NCBI GenBank assembly: GCA_027001995.1
Contig: JALTLO010000065.1
Location: forward strand, 1-19,890
Source of the DNA: Planctomycetota bacterium
GTDB taxonomy: Bacteria; Planctomycetota; GCA-002687715; DRQF01
Length of the DNA: 19,890 nt
Direction of reading: 5' to 3'
Position 1 is the stretch's first letter. Each line of letters opens with the position of its first letter. Positions 1 to 8,537 of the stretch are shown here, piece by piece. The notes beneath the pieces are model-generated. The model was not told where the DNA came from. It worked only from the letters and a program-made list of their open reading frames with translations, and did not search any database. Both the position numbers and the translations under genes were made by a program.

Positions 1-1
1 A

Positions 2-301
2 GTTTCAATCCACGCCCCCGCATGGGGGGCGACTAAACAAATTCCCAGCAATTTGACCACCAGCGCATTGTTTCAATCCACGCCCCCGCATGGGGGGCGA
101 CTTGTCGCGGCTCACGTTGCCGAGATCGACGTCGGTTTCAATCCACGCCCCCGCATGGGGGGCGACAAGACGGCGATCGCTGCCGGAGTCGGCTTAGGCG
201 TGTTTCAATCCACGCCCCCGCATGGGGGGCGACAAGAGAACCGTTCGAGCCGCCACCACCGGCCCCTAAGTTTCAATCCACGCCCCCGCATGGGGGGCGA
301 C
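2..301 (-). CRISPR. Type I-C CRISPR array (leader-proximal end; 5 repeats and 4 complete spacers; probably continues past the left edge)
   Basis: Five identical 32-bp repeats GTTTCAATCCACGCCCCCGCATGGGGGGCGAC at 2-33, 70-101, 135-166, 202-233 and 270-301. Unique spacers are 36, 33, 35 and 36 bp. The minus-strand reading GTCGCCCCCCATGCGGGGGCGTGGATTGAAAC ends in ATTGAAAC and folds into a 7-bp stem (CGCCCCC/GGGGGCG), typical of Desulfovibrio-type I-C repeats. No degenerate trailer repeat is visible. Confidence 0.99.
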
Positions 302-554
302 AGCGGGTAGTTTAACCTATGCCGAGACAAAAGGTTAGGAGGTGTATTTCGCCGACCCCAGAAGGAACCTCGAATTGAGACGGGCGATTGTGTTCTGCCT
401 TGGCATAAGTTGCCTCGAAGATTGGGGTTATGGTATTCGCCAATGTGCCTGTGGAAGCATGTGTGATGAGGGTCGGCGATTGAGTTTTCCTCGATGCTAA
501 GCAGATGGGCTTGGGGCTTCTCGCCGCGAAACATGCTGGCTTGAACTCACTTTT
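302..554 (-). promoter_or_regulatory. CRISPR leader
   Basis: Non-coding 253 bp between the cas2 stop and the first repeat. Contains a 10-bp inverted repeat (349-358/470-479) and two TAA(C/G)-N17-GTTA motifs (313-337, 406-430). Confidence 0.85.
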
Positions 555-845
555 TCAAAGGATGAGCGGGCCGTCCAGATCAGGAACTGTCTTGGTTCCA
601 TGATGCTCTATTCGTTTTTTGTAGTTGGCTCCCAGGAAATAGAAACGAAGGCTATCTTCGGCGAGGTTGGCTTCTGTCAAGAGTTTGATCCGAAGGTCTG
701 TCCAGCGATTTGGATCCACGATACATTCAAAGACGGAGTTTTGTACCCGTTGGCCGAAGTTGCAACAAACCTTAGCAATTCTCCGCAATCGACGTCGACC
801 CGCTGCGTCGACTGTTGACACGTCATAACTAACAACGACTAACAT
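555..845 (-). CDS. cas2: CRISPR-associated endonuclease Cas2 (96 aa)
   Basis: MLVVVSYDVST...RRRLRRIAKVC...GQRVQNSVFEC...DSLRFYFLG are Cas2 signatures. Start moved from the ORF-track 911 to the ATG at 845, which has an upstream GGAAGGA and removes the overlap with cas1. Confidence 0.97.
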   Translation of the reverse strand: MLVVVSYDVSTVDAAGRRRLRRIAKVCCNFGQRVQNSVFECIVDPNRWTDLRIKLLTEANLAEDSLRFYFLGANYKKRIEHHGTKTVPDLDGPLIL

Positions 846-870
846 GAGCTCGATTCCTTCCGCTCTATAA

Positions 871-1902
871 TCATCGCCACAGGAATGGTGGATAGTTGTC
901 CAAATCCCCACGAATGTGGCGAGCCAAAAGTCTCGCTTGAATGTGGATCATCATGCCCACAGTCATTTTCTCGTTCAAGAAAGGATGTCGAATCTCTTTT
1001 TTCTTGCGTTCCTGATAGGCGGCGAGAACATCGCCACGGAGTTTATCTTTCATTATGACACCACCAGTTTCGCCAAGTTTGAAGTCCGTGCCCTTGACTT
1101 GACCACGGTTGACCATGGTCAAGACCAGCCTGTCGCAAAGAAAAGCCCGAAACTCTTCCATGATGTCTAAGCTCAGGCTTGGTCGGCCAGGTCGATCACG
1201 ATGAAGAAAACCGACTTGAGGGTCCAAGCCGACGCTTTCGAGAGCACCACTGACGTCGCTGACAAGCAGTGTGTAGAAAAAAGAAAGAAGCGCGTTGACA
1301 GGATCTTCCGGGGGGCGCCTGCTTCTCTTCGTGAAACGCAGTTTTGGGTCTTTCGTGCGAATCAGGTGGTCAAGAACCGAGAAGTAGGTACTCGCAGCTT
1401 CTCCTTCATGTCCACGGATTGAATCAAGATCGTGCCCTGAACCTAGTTGAGTTGCGGCCCCAGCCAATTGGTTGATCGCTTTTTCCAATTCCTCTCGTTT
1501 GCGGCTGTCGCTTTGAAGCAGTCTGGCTCGTTGCAAGGCGCGTCGTCCATTGGCGATCTTGGCGGTCACAATTGCTGTCGCTATTTTTGCACAGCGGAAT
1601 CGGTCATCGGCGATTCGATATTGCTCGCGTCGTAAGAGAACATTTCCGCTCACCGGCCCTTGAACCCGCGCCAAGAACTTTCCGTACAGTGACAAGAAGG
1701 AAATCGCGATGCCCCGGTCGGCTGCCGCCCCCATTAGAAATGGACTGCAAGATACTTGCCCAAAGCAGACGACGGATTCCAACATGTGCATGGGGACTTT
1801 TAGTCGAGTTTCGCCTTCTACTTTGGCTACCAAGACTTCTCCGTCTTTTGACAAGTACGCGCCTTGCGTGGTGACGAAAAGAGTATTCAAGTGAGACTTC
1901 AA
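871..1902 (-). CDS. cas1: Type I-C CRISPR-associated endonuclease Cas1
   Basis: LNTLFVTTQGAYL, RGHEGEAA, RSRRPPEDPVNALLSF, GLDPQVGFLH, LDIMEEFR, C-terminal YPPFLWR. TTG start overlaps the cas4 stop. Confidence 0.98.
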   Translation of the reverse strand: MKSHLNTLFVTTQGAYLSKDGEVLVAKVEGETRLKVPMHMLESVVCFGQVSCSPFLMGAAADRGIAISFLSLYGKFLARVQGPVSGNVLLRREQYRIADDRFRCAKIATAIVTAKIANGRRALQRARLLQSDSRKREELEKAINQLAGAATQLGSGHDLDSIRGHEGEAASTYFSVLDHLIRTKDPKLRFTKRSRRPPEDPVNALLSFFYTLLVSDVSGALESVGLDPQVGFLHRDRPGRPSLSLDIMEEFRAFLCDRLVLTMVNRGQVKGTDFKLGETGGVIMKDKLRGDVLAAYQERKKKEIRHPFLNEKMTVGMMIHIQARLLARHIRGDLDNYPPFLWR

Positions 1903-2633
1903 GAGTCAACTCCTTCATCGGAAGAGGGGGCATCAATTGCATTGGCCAAGTACGCTTGAACGTTTTCGCGAAGATCCAAGAGTTCGGGCATACAGATGTC
2001 CTTCAATGAGCAACTACGACACTTTGGTCCAAATTCGGCTTTTGGAGTAGTTTTCGAGTTCAGGAGCCCGTGGAGCTCATGGCAAGCATCGATGGTTGTC
2101 GATCTCAATTCGCTGTTAAGCTCTACGGCAGTCCGGCGACCTGATGTCCCGTAGTATAAAGCACCGAACTCGATTCGTGTGTTGAGCCTCTCTTCTAAGC
2201 AAAGTGCTTGAGCACAGAGCTGAATTCTGTCGCAGTCGTTTTTCTTCGGCTTACCTCTCTTGTACTCCACCGGTGAAACGGTCCAGTGTCCAGAAAGATC
2301 TCGAACACTGAAGTCTAGTTGCGAGAAATCAACGGCGTCTGTTCTTGACCCTCCATCGGATCGGTGTAGTTCGACAACATCCGCTATGCCAATGAGCCCG
2401 AGTTCGTATGACTTGAGTGATAAACCCCGCAAGATGATGACATCACCTCGACGCTCTCGGCGGGCACCGGCCTCATCGACTTTTCGATGCAGCCGATGCC
2501 CTTCGAAAGTGAGACTGTTGTCTGCCCAAACTTGTTCAATGTGGATGAGCGCGCATTGTCTCTTGCAAAATGCCAAATGTTGCAGAGCTGAGATAGGACG
2601 AAGATCTGAATCTTCAAACATTCTCATCGTCAT
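1899..2633 (-). CDS. cas4: CRISPR-associated exonuclease Cas4
   Basis: ISALQHLAFCKRQCALIH, GIADVVE...PVEYKRG, QLCAQALCLEE, C-terminal CRSCSLKDIC (Fe-S cysteines). Start placed at ATG 2633 (ATGA overlap with the cas7 stop); 2627 and 2621 are also possible. Confidence 0.96.
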   Translation of the reverse strand: MTMRMFEDSDLRPISALQHLAFCKRQCALIHIEQVWADNSLTFEGHRLHRKVDEAGARRERRGDVIILRGLSLKSYELGLIGIADVVELHRSDGGSRTDAVDFSQLDFSVRDLSGHWTVSPVEYKRGKPKKNDCDRIQLCAQALCLEERLNTRIEFGALYYGTSGRRTAVELNSELRSTTIDACHELHGLLNSKTTPKAEFGPKCRSCSLKDICMPELLDLRENVQAYLANAIDAPSSDEGVDS

Positions 2634-3502
2634 TTCCACACACATTTTTCAATCAAGGTGACACCGTCGGGGATTTCTTCTGCGGCAATTTTGATTTGGT
2701 AGTCACCAAATGAGCGGGGGGGTGAATCCTCGTCTGTGGTTCTGCGAATCTTGACGAGATCAAATAGTCTGTGTGAAGGTGCCTCTCCCAACTCGCTTTT
2801 GTGCTCAAAGACGATGAGCTTTCTCATCGCCATTGAACCGGCTGGGCGGGCCGCCGATTGGTCGAATTGGAAAGCGTTTTCCAGAGATTCCCAAAGGGTG
2901 TTCAAGTCATCTTCCCCGAATGAGGTTTGTTTGGCGAGGAATGGGTTCACGAAACCATGACCCGAATAGAGGGCGTAGGGCACGGTGAATTTTCGTCCGA
3001 TTGTTCTCTCTTTCTCTAAATCTTTCTTGTTGGTGACCGAGCTCCGCGTAATGGCATGCTCATTGATGATGATCGGATCCACTGATCTTGCGAATGAAAG
3101 TTGGACTGGACCTCGAACCTGCCCGCAGTTAACTTCAGTGCTCATGACAGCGCCAAAAGTCCGAATGTCGTAGAAATTCTTGCACATGAAGTCTGTCAGT
3201 GCTCTTGCCTTGGCTTTGTCCTTCGGGAGTTTCTTGGACACAGATTTTTCGCCGATGTGTTGGTATCCTCTTTCATGGGTTTCGTTGAGGACTGCACCGT
3301 CGCGAAAATAAATCTCATGCCCAATCTCTTCACCCCGTGTCATTGCAACATAATTGCGAATTTTCCGTTTCATGCAGACGTCGGTGACAAGCCCATGTCC
3401 AGTTTCTGGATCCACTCGCGGAAGATTGCCCGCATCAGGGTCACCATTTGGATTCGCATCATGGACATCAAACAAGAATATAAAGTCATATCGTTTCATC
3501 AT
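2630..3502 (-). CDS. cas7: Type I-C Cascade backbone Cas7c (Csd2)
   Basis: RYDFIFLFDV..ANPNGDPDAGNLPRVDPETG.GLVTDVCMKRKIRNY, FYDIRTFGAV, GQVRGPVQ, VPYALY. Confidence 0.98.
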   Translation of the reverse strand: MMKRYDFIFLFDVHDANPNGDPDAGNLPRVDPETGHGLVTDVCMKRKIRNYVAMTRGEEIGHEIYFRDGAVLNETHERGYQHIGEKSVSKKLPKDKAKARALTDFMCKNFYDIRTFGAVMSTEVNCGQVRGPVQLSFARSVDPIIINEHAITRSSVTNKKDLEKERTIGRKFTVPYALYSGHGFVNPFLAKQTSFGEDDLNTLWESLENAFQFDQSAARPAGSMAMRKLIVFEHKSELGEAPSHRLFDLVKIRRTTDEDSPPRSFGDYQIKIAAEEIPDGVTLIEKCVWK

Positions 3503-3885
3503 TTCTCCTCTCGGTTTTCAGTTTCTTCTTTAATCGTAGGTTTCTTGGTAAAAAAATCGTCCATTTGGTGGTAGTAACCAATCGCGAAGAGGCCTTGATT
3601 CTCCAATCTTAGATGAGATGGAAATTCTTCGCAGTTCTTTAAGATCTCCTGCACAAGCCTCTCCCGATTGACTCGCATTCCTCCTTTTAGTTTTGCCATG
3701 TGGTGCTGGTAGCCTCTGAGGAGACGGGGAAAAACAACACCGGGGGTTGCCGAGGCGGATGCGTAGAAACGGTCACGGATAGTTGAATTCAAGCCGGGCA
3801 ATGCATCCAATTGGGTCTTTTCGAGTGCGGCAAAGAGTCTCCCCATTCGATATGCCACGTCGAGGCGACTTTTGTCTAAGGACAT
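3499..3885 (-). CDS. cas11: Cas11c small subunit, translated from an internal in-frame start inside cas8c (128 aa)
   Basis: In-frame ATG at 3885 (cas8c codon 464, MSLDKSRLDVAYRMGRLF) preceded by AAAAAGGAG and a 6-nt spacer. Internal translation of Cas11 from cas8c is established for type I-C. Confidence 0.8.
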   Translation of the reverse strand: MSLDKSRLDVAYRMGRLFAALEKTQLDALPGLNSTIRDRFYASASATPGVVFPRLLRGYQHHMAKLKGGMRVNRERLVQEILKNCEEFPSHLRLENQGLFAIGYYHQMDDFFTKKPTIKEETENREEK

Positions 3886-5274
3886 TGTGATCTCCTTTTT
3901 TAGGTTTCTGTTCAGATATCCCTTGATAATGGCTGCTTTCAGGTACGTGATTTTTCGTTCAACTCGCAGTCGCCGAATGACGCCGCTAAAAAGTGAGTGT
4001 GGATAGTTCGCGCCAGTAAGGACTGCATTGAGAAGTGGGCCTGCGAGAATTGGTGAAATCTCTTTTGACTCCCGAGCCGTTTCATTCAGAAGGGTCCACA
4101 TGGGCGGGAATTCTGGATCGCCGGAGAAATTCTTCGATGGTGGACGCCGACCAACGATATTGATGTCGATGAAGTGTTGAGCCAAACATGTGACAAAGTC
4201 AATGATATGGCTTCGCAGGAAGAATCGCACTGACAGCCTTGCGGCATTTGGGGCTAACCCCAAGACATAGAAGTTCCCGTCGAATTGGGGATCATCTGAA
4301 ATTGTGCCCGATTGAACTCCATCTCGAAGGGCTTTGAAGAAGACATTGAGCTTTTCCCTATTCTCGATGTTTTGGGCATCGAGTGAGATGGGAGAACCTG
4401 AGGTGAACTCTGCGAAGATGTCTTCCAGAAGGTTCGGTTTGTCAGTCCAGAATACAAGGGTCGTATCTCCGAGTCTTTGCTTGTGTTTCGCAGACATGGG
4501 GCCATCAAGCAATGCATTGAGCGCCGAAGTGTACTTGCGTACGCACGATTCGGAAACGGGCGCGTTGTAGCTTTGCTCTTTGCCAAATGAGCGGAAGGCG
4601 TTTTTGTTGAACGAAACAATGCTTGCACCGCTAGAATTGGCTCCAGCGACTTTCTTGATTCCTGGATGGAGTCGGGCGATGGCAGTGACTTCACCGCTTA
4701 GCATGCACTGGCCCAGATTCTCGTTTTCGTCCTGGGGTGCATTGTTCTTGAACCACCGTTCGATTGCCTCTTCGTTGTGGATGAAGGACTCTTGACCAAG
4801 AATCTGGAATACCCCAAAATTGCTGAACATGCTTGTATCCAGGTTGAGGCTTGGCAGAGTACTGGGGTCCCAAGCCTTAAGGAAACAACAGATCGCATGG
4901 AAGCCGGGAGATTCGCTCCCTAGAGTGTCAAGCAGTTCAAGATGCTTGTTCCGGAATGCTTCAAAGCATTGAGTTGTTCGTTCAGGGTTTGTGTCGTCGA
5001 GTTTGAAGCCGATAGCGTATTGGCTAGCATCCCAGAGAAGATAGGGCTTTACCGAGCTTCCCGAGCGTCCCGTTGTTCCTGGGACCGAAAGTTGTTGGGC
5101 TTCGAGAAACTTGCCAGATGCGATTCGCATGTCCTGGAACTCGAAAAGATCCCCATTTTCCTGAAGGACAATCTTGAAGCTTATTTTTTGGCGGGTGTAG
5201 CCCGGCGGGGCGATGCCATAGTCAGGAGCGTCTTCTAGACGATCAAATAGTTCGCACAGCGATTGTAGAATCAT
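3499..5274 (-). CDS. cas8c: Type I-C Cascade large subunit Cas8c (Csd1)
   Basis: MILQSL, LWD..QY, IARLHPGIK, SIVSFN..AF.SFGKEQ.YNAPVS, FYVLGLAPNAARLSVRF, C-terminal AYRMGRLFAALEKTQ and QGLFAIGYYHQ. Confidence 0.97.
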   Translation of the reverse strand: MILQSLCELFDRLEDAPDYGIAPPGYTRQKISFKIVLQENGDLFEFQDMRIASGKFLEAQQLSVPGTTGRSGSSVKPYLLWDASQYAIGFKLDDTNPERTTQCFEAFRNKHLELLDTLGSESPGFHAICCFLKAWDPSTLPSLNLDTSMFSNFGVFQILGQESFIHNEEAIERWFKNNAPQDENENLGQCMLSGEVTAIARLHPGIKKVAGANSSGASIVSFNKNAFRSFGKEQSYNAPVSESCVRKYTSALNALLDGPMSAKHKQRLGDTTLVFWTDKPNLLEDIFAEFTSGSPISLDAQNIENREKLNVFFKALRDGVQSGTISDDPQFDGNFYVLGLAPNAARLSVRFFLRSHIIDFVTCLAQHFIDINIVGRRPPSKNFSGDPEFPPMWTLLNETARESKEISPILAGPLLNAVLTGANYPHSLFSGVIRRLRVERKITYLKAAIIKGYLNRNLKKEITMSLDKSRLDVAYRMGRLFAALEKTQLDALPGLNSTIRDRFYASASATPGVVFPRLLRGYQHHMAKLKGGMRVNRERLVQEILKNCEEFPSHLRLENQGLFAIGYYHQMDDFFTKKPTIKEETENREEK

Positions 5275-5996
5275 CGGACGATCTCCTGTTCATGGCGCAG
5301 CTTGTTCAAGTCAATGACCCCGTCCACCATGGAGATGTTGAGGAATCTGGGCAGCGCCGTTACCCTTTGGCCGTAGCTTGATTCGACAATCTTCCCTTTT
5401 GCATCTGGAATGAAATCGATGTCATCAAGCATGTAACCCAAATTGTGGTAACCCGCCAACTCGGGTGGGCATTCTCCGATCGTTTCGACGAGCGAGAAGG
5501 AAGCCGTAAATTCCCGTGTACCAAGATAGGGGTGATGGAAATACTGCCCCTTGCGAGCACGCCGATTGAAAATGTCGAGGTGCTTAGCAACATTGTTTTC
5601 GTTGGTTGGGCTTGAGCTTTCAACGAGTTCAATGTGCGCTTCGATTACGTAGCGTACGTCTCTCAGAATCATGCCGGCTCGTTGCTGTCGGATCGAATTG
5701 ACATCAACACCCAATTGCCCCCGCCCAGTCTTGAGAGCATTTCCAACACCCTGAGCACCTCCCGTCGGGATTGTCGATTCAATTTCATTGCGACGGATAT
5801 GGGTGAATCTGATGGGGGCCAAGACGGTGATGCGATCCACGACCCAACGCATTTGGGGCTTCCAATAAATTGCTTCCAAGAGCCCCCGGGCAGCACTCGC
5901 GGTCATGACATCGTAAGACACGCGTTCAACTTTCATTTCTGGTCGATTGAATGCAGCGTAGTCGCCCCACACTTCGATTTTGATTCCGAAACTCAT
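5271..5996 (-). CDS. cas5: Type I-C Cas5c (Cas5d), pre-crRNA processing subunit
   Basis: VWGDYAAFNRPEMKVERVSYDVMT.SAARG.LEAIYWKP, IRRNE, RQQR...LRDVRY, PYLGTREF. RBS AAAGGA upstream; stop overlaps the cas8c start (ATGA). Confidence 0.98.
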   Translation of the reverse strand: MSFGIKIEVWGDYAAFNRPEMKVERVSYDVMTASAARGLLEAIYWKPQMRWVVDRITVLAPIRFTHIRRNEIESTIPTGGAQGVGNALKTGRGQLGVDVNSIRQQRAGMILRDVRYVIEAHIELVESSSPTNENNVAKHLDIFNRRARKGQYFHHPYLGTREFTASFSLVETIGECPPELAGYHNLGYMLDDIDFIPDAKGKIVESSYGQRVTALPRFLNISMVDGVIDLNKLRHEQEIVR

Positions 5997-6009
5997 GATG
6001 AATCCTTTC

Positions 6010-8253
6010 TTATACCTGTAAGAAATCTTGCTCTGGGTCTAAGTTCAACCCTGTTTCTTGGTGATAGAAAATCTCAGCGCTAACTAAGACCGAATATCGT
6101 TCATGAACCAATTCGATGGCATGGCCAATGTGCTGATTCCAAATTCGCCTTGGTATCTTGACGACATATCTCTGTAGGCTCCGAAGCAACTTACGCTTCG
6201 GCACGTAGGCAGGCAAACGCAGCTCTTTGCAAAGCGAAGCGCCTTTTTCGTCGAAGGGGACAATGACGTCGCAGCTGTCGTCATCGATCAACTTGAATTT
6301 TTTCGCGATTGTGGCGAACCCGAAACTGAAAGGGAAATCGTGGTTGTTGTGTAAGACGCAATCATCAAGAATCGCTTTCGAATCCCATCGAGTTTTTTGG
6401 TCCCAATAGTAGAGCTGAAAATAGCGGTCCACAGTAATCAATTGGAGTGGGTCGGGATTGAGCGCCAATACTTGGGCGGCAGAATTCCGCCGGTCCGAAA
6501 CAAATTTCTCGGCAGCACAATCCTCTGGTGAGAAAACATATAGGATGCCCAAAGCTTCCATCTTGCCTTCCCTATTGCATCGACCCGCAGCTTGAGCAAG
6601 TGAGTCGAGTCCAGTCATGGAACGAAAGACAACCGGGAAATCGATGTCGACTCCTGCTTCGATAAGTTGAGTCGAAATGACTCGGCATGACTCGTTCTGG
6701 TCGAGATTCTTACGGATTTTTCTCAGTATCTGTGAGCGATGTTCTGGGCACATCAATGCACTCAAATGAAAAGTGCCAGGTTCTTCCTTCAAGCTTTCGT
6801 ACAACTTCTTGGCGTGCTTGCGAGTATTGACGATGCACAAAACTTGGCGTTCGGATTGAAGTCGAGGAATCAGCTCCATGTCCGACTGCGTGCCGATGAT
6901 CCTTGTTTCTACCCGTCTGAGATCCGAGTAGAGTGAGATGGGGTCCGGGATGATCTCTTGAATTTCACGCAAACCGATTTTGAATTCCTTAGAGAACTTG
7001 ATCGCTGGCTGGGTCGCCGTACAAAGCAAAACAGTGGAACCGAAGTCCTGGTAGAGGCTCTCAATTGTCTCCAAGCAGGGCTGAAGGTAGTCAACGGGAA
7101 TAGTTTGAGCTTCGTCAAGAATAATGACAGCCTTTGTCAACCGATGGAGTTTTCGACATTTCCCTCTCTTCGCAGCGAAAAGCGATTCGTAGAATTGGAC
7201 GGCGGTGGTCACGACAATGGGCGAGTCCCAGTTTTCCATCGCCAACAAACTTGCCACGGAGTTTTCCTTATTGGCCATGTTGCTGTGGTGTTCAAGTACT
7301 GGATCTTCCCCTAGCTCGGTCGCGGCTTCGGAAAGTGCTCGCCGAAACACGTCGGCGTTTTGTTCGATGATACTCGTGAAAGGTGCGATGTAAATGACTC
7401 TCTTGAGACCGTTTTTTCTGGCATGAGCAAGAGCAAATGCAAGGGATGAGAGCGTCTTTCCGCCTCCAGTGGGGACAGTTAAAGAGAATAAGCCTGGTGC
7501 GTCATTGGAACGTCTCATGCATTCGCGACGGACGAGTGCTCTGGCACGTGAAACTTGGTCATCACTTTTGCCGAAATTGTCGATGAAACGTTCAAGTGAA
7601 TTCTCCAAAACCCCGAGCGTCTCTCGCGGCCAAATAAATCGTTCGGCATTTTGAGCCGGTGCGACAAATTTTTCTGTGTCTAAGGAGTCAGCATCGACAA
7701 GACAGGAGAAGATCATGCGTGTAAAAAGCGCCAGTTTGAAAGCTGCTTTTTTCTTGTCAGTGCCTCGCAGAGCTAGTGCATTGGCGACGATTGATGGAGG
7801 AGGAGTGGAGCGGAACCTTGGCAGGCTCTCAACTCCGTGGCGCCACGGTTCCAGAGATTTATTCAAGCGGTTTTCTTGACAAGCGCCAACTGCCCGCCCA
7901 TCCAAAAGGCCGCTGTGGTGACCTGCGATCGCATAGCCCACAAGGTGTCCAAGTATCATGATCTTTTCTGCTGCCCAGATCGCCCCAGCTGTTGAATGAT
8001 CTATTCTTTTTACTAACTCTGATTCATGGGCGTCTGCTTTGGTCGACTTCTTCAAGTACTCCTGAAACGCGTCTGAGAATTTGCCGAGGTCGTGCCAGAG
8101 ACCAGCGATAAAGCCCCATTCGCCAGCCCCGAAAACTCCTGCGAATTCGCGAGAGTATCGTCCGACGCCGACAAGGTGAACGCTCAGCCTCTGCCATTCA
8201 TTCTTGTTGGCAGTACCTGGCTTTGAATGAGCGAAATAATTGCGTGTTTCCAT
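6010..8253 (-). CDS. cas3: CRISPR-associated HD nuclease/helicase Cas3
   Basis: N-terminal FAHS, HDLGK, DHSTAGA, GHHSGL, LVDAD (HD domain). Helicase motifs VPTGGGKT, DEAQ, CTATQP, TQLIEAGVDIDF, QAAGRCNREG. Confidence 0.98.
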   Translation of the reverse strand: METRNYFAHSKPGTANKNEWQRLSVHLVGVGRYSREFAGVFGAGEWGFIAGLWHDLGKFSDAFQEYLKKSTKADAHESELVKRIDHSTAGAIWAAEKIMILGHLVGYAIAGHHSGLLDGRAVGACQENRLNKSLEPWRHGVESLPRFRSTPPPSIVANALALRGTDKKKAAFKLALFTRMIFSCLVDADSLDTEKFVAPAQNAERFIWPRETLGVLENSLERFIDNFGKSDDQVSRARALVRRECMRRSNDAPGLFSLTVPTGGGKTLSSLAFALAHARKNGLKRVIYIAPFTSIIEQNADVFRRALSEAATELGEDPVLEHHSNMANKENSVASLLAMENWDSPIVVTTAVQFYESLFAAKRGKCRKLHRLTKAVIILDEAQTIPVDYLQPCLETIESLYQDFGSTVLLCTATQPAIKFSKEFKIGLREIQEIIPDPISLYSDLRRVETRIIGTQSDMELIPRLQSERQVLCIVNTRKHAKKLYESLKEEPGTFHLSALMCPEHRSQILRKIRKNLDQNESCRVISTQLIEAGVDIDFPVVFRSMTGLDSLAQAAGRCNREGKMEALGILYVFSPEDCAAEKFVSDRRNSAAQVLALNPDPLQLITVDRYFQLYYWDQKTRWDSKAILDDCVLHNNHDFPFSFGFATIAKKFKLIDDDSCDVIVPFDEKGASLCKELRLPAYVPKRKLLRSLQRYVVKIPRRIWNQHIGHAIELVHERYSVLVSAEIFYHQETGLNLDPEQDFLQV

Positions 8254-8537
8254 GACCCGTTTTGCCTCTCAATGAGGTGTCAATCAGAATCGCCTCGCGA
8301 TGCCTCAAATAATTGATCGCAAGGCCCTTCTTCTGCCTATTCGCATTGCTGCCGAGCTTCATCTCTGCTTTCTGCATGAGTTGGGCAGTGCCTTCGTCGG
8401 AAAGAGAGCATAGTTGAGTGGGGAGACAGGGAGTTTTGAATCGCACGTTGTTGTTGATAAAGGTGCGTGTCGGTTACTTAATAGAGTTCCCCACTACCGT
8501 AACCAGTCAGGGTTGCAGTGATGGGGCAGTCACTGGT

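Noticed and set aside
53..534. ORFs 53-310 (+) and 205-534 (-)
   Set aside because: They are translations of CRISPR repeats/spacers and the leader, not genes.
788..797. 10-nt identity ATCGACGTCG between the end of spacer 102-134 and cas2 (possible self-targeting)
   Set aside because: A 10-nt match is expected by chance in a window this size. The match does not extend, and the 5' flank on the crRNA-sense strand is GGT rather than a TTC-type PAM.
555..8253. Absence of cas6
   Set aside because: Normal for type I-C, where Cas5c processes pre-crRNA.
8278..8283. Perfect TTGACA on the minus strand upstream of cas3
   Set aside because: No -10-like hexamer at 16-18 nt, and only 24 nt remain before the ATG.
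8277..8447. Faint repeat-like words GTGTCAATC (8277-8285) and GTTTTGAATCGCACG (8433-8447) as a possible regulatory mini-array
   Set aside because: Similarity is short and needs gaps, the repeat hairpin is missing, and the words are about 155 bp apart, far more than one repeat-spacer unit.
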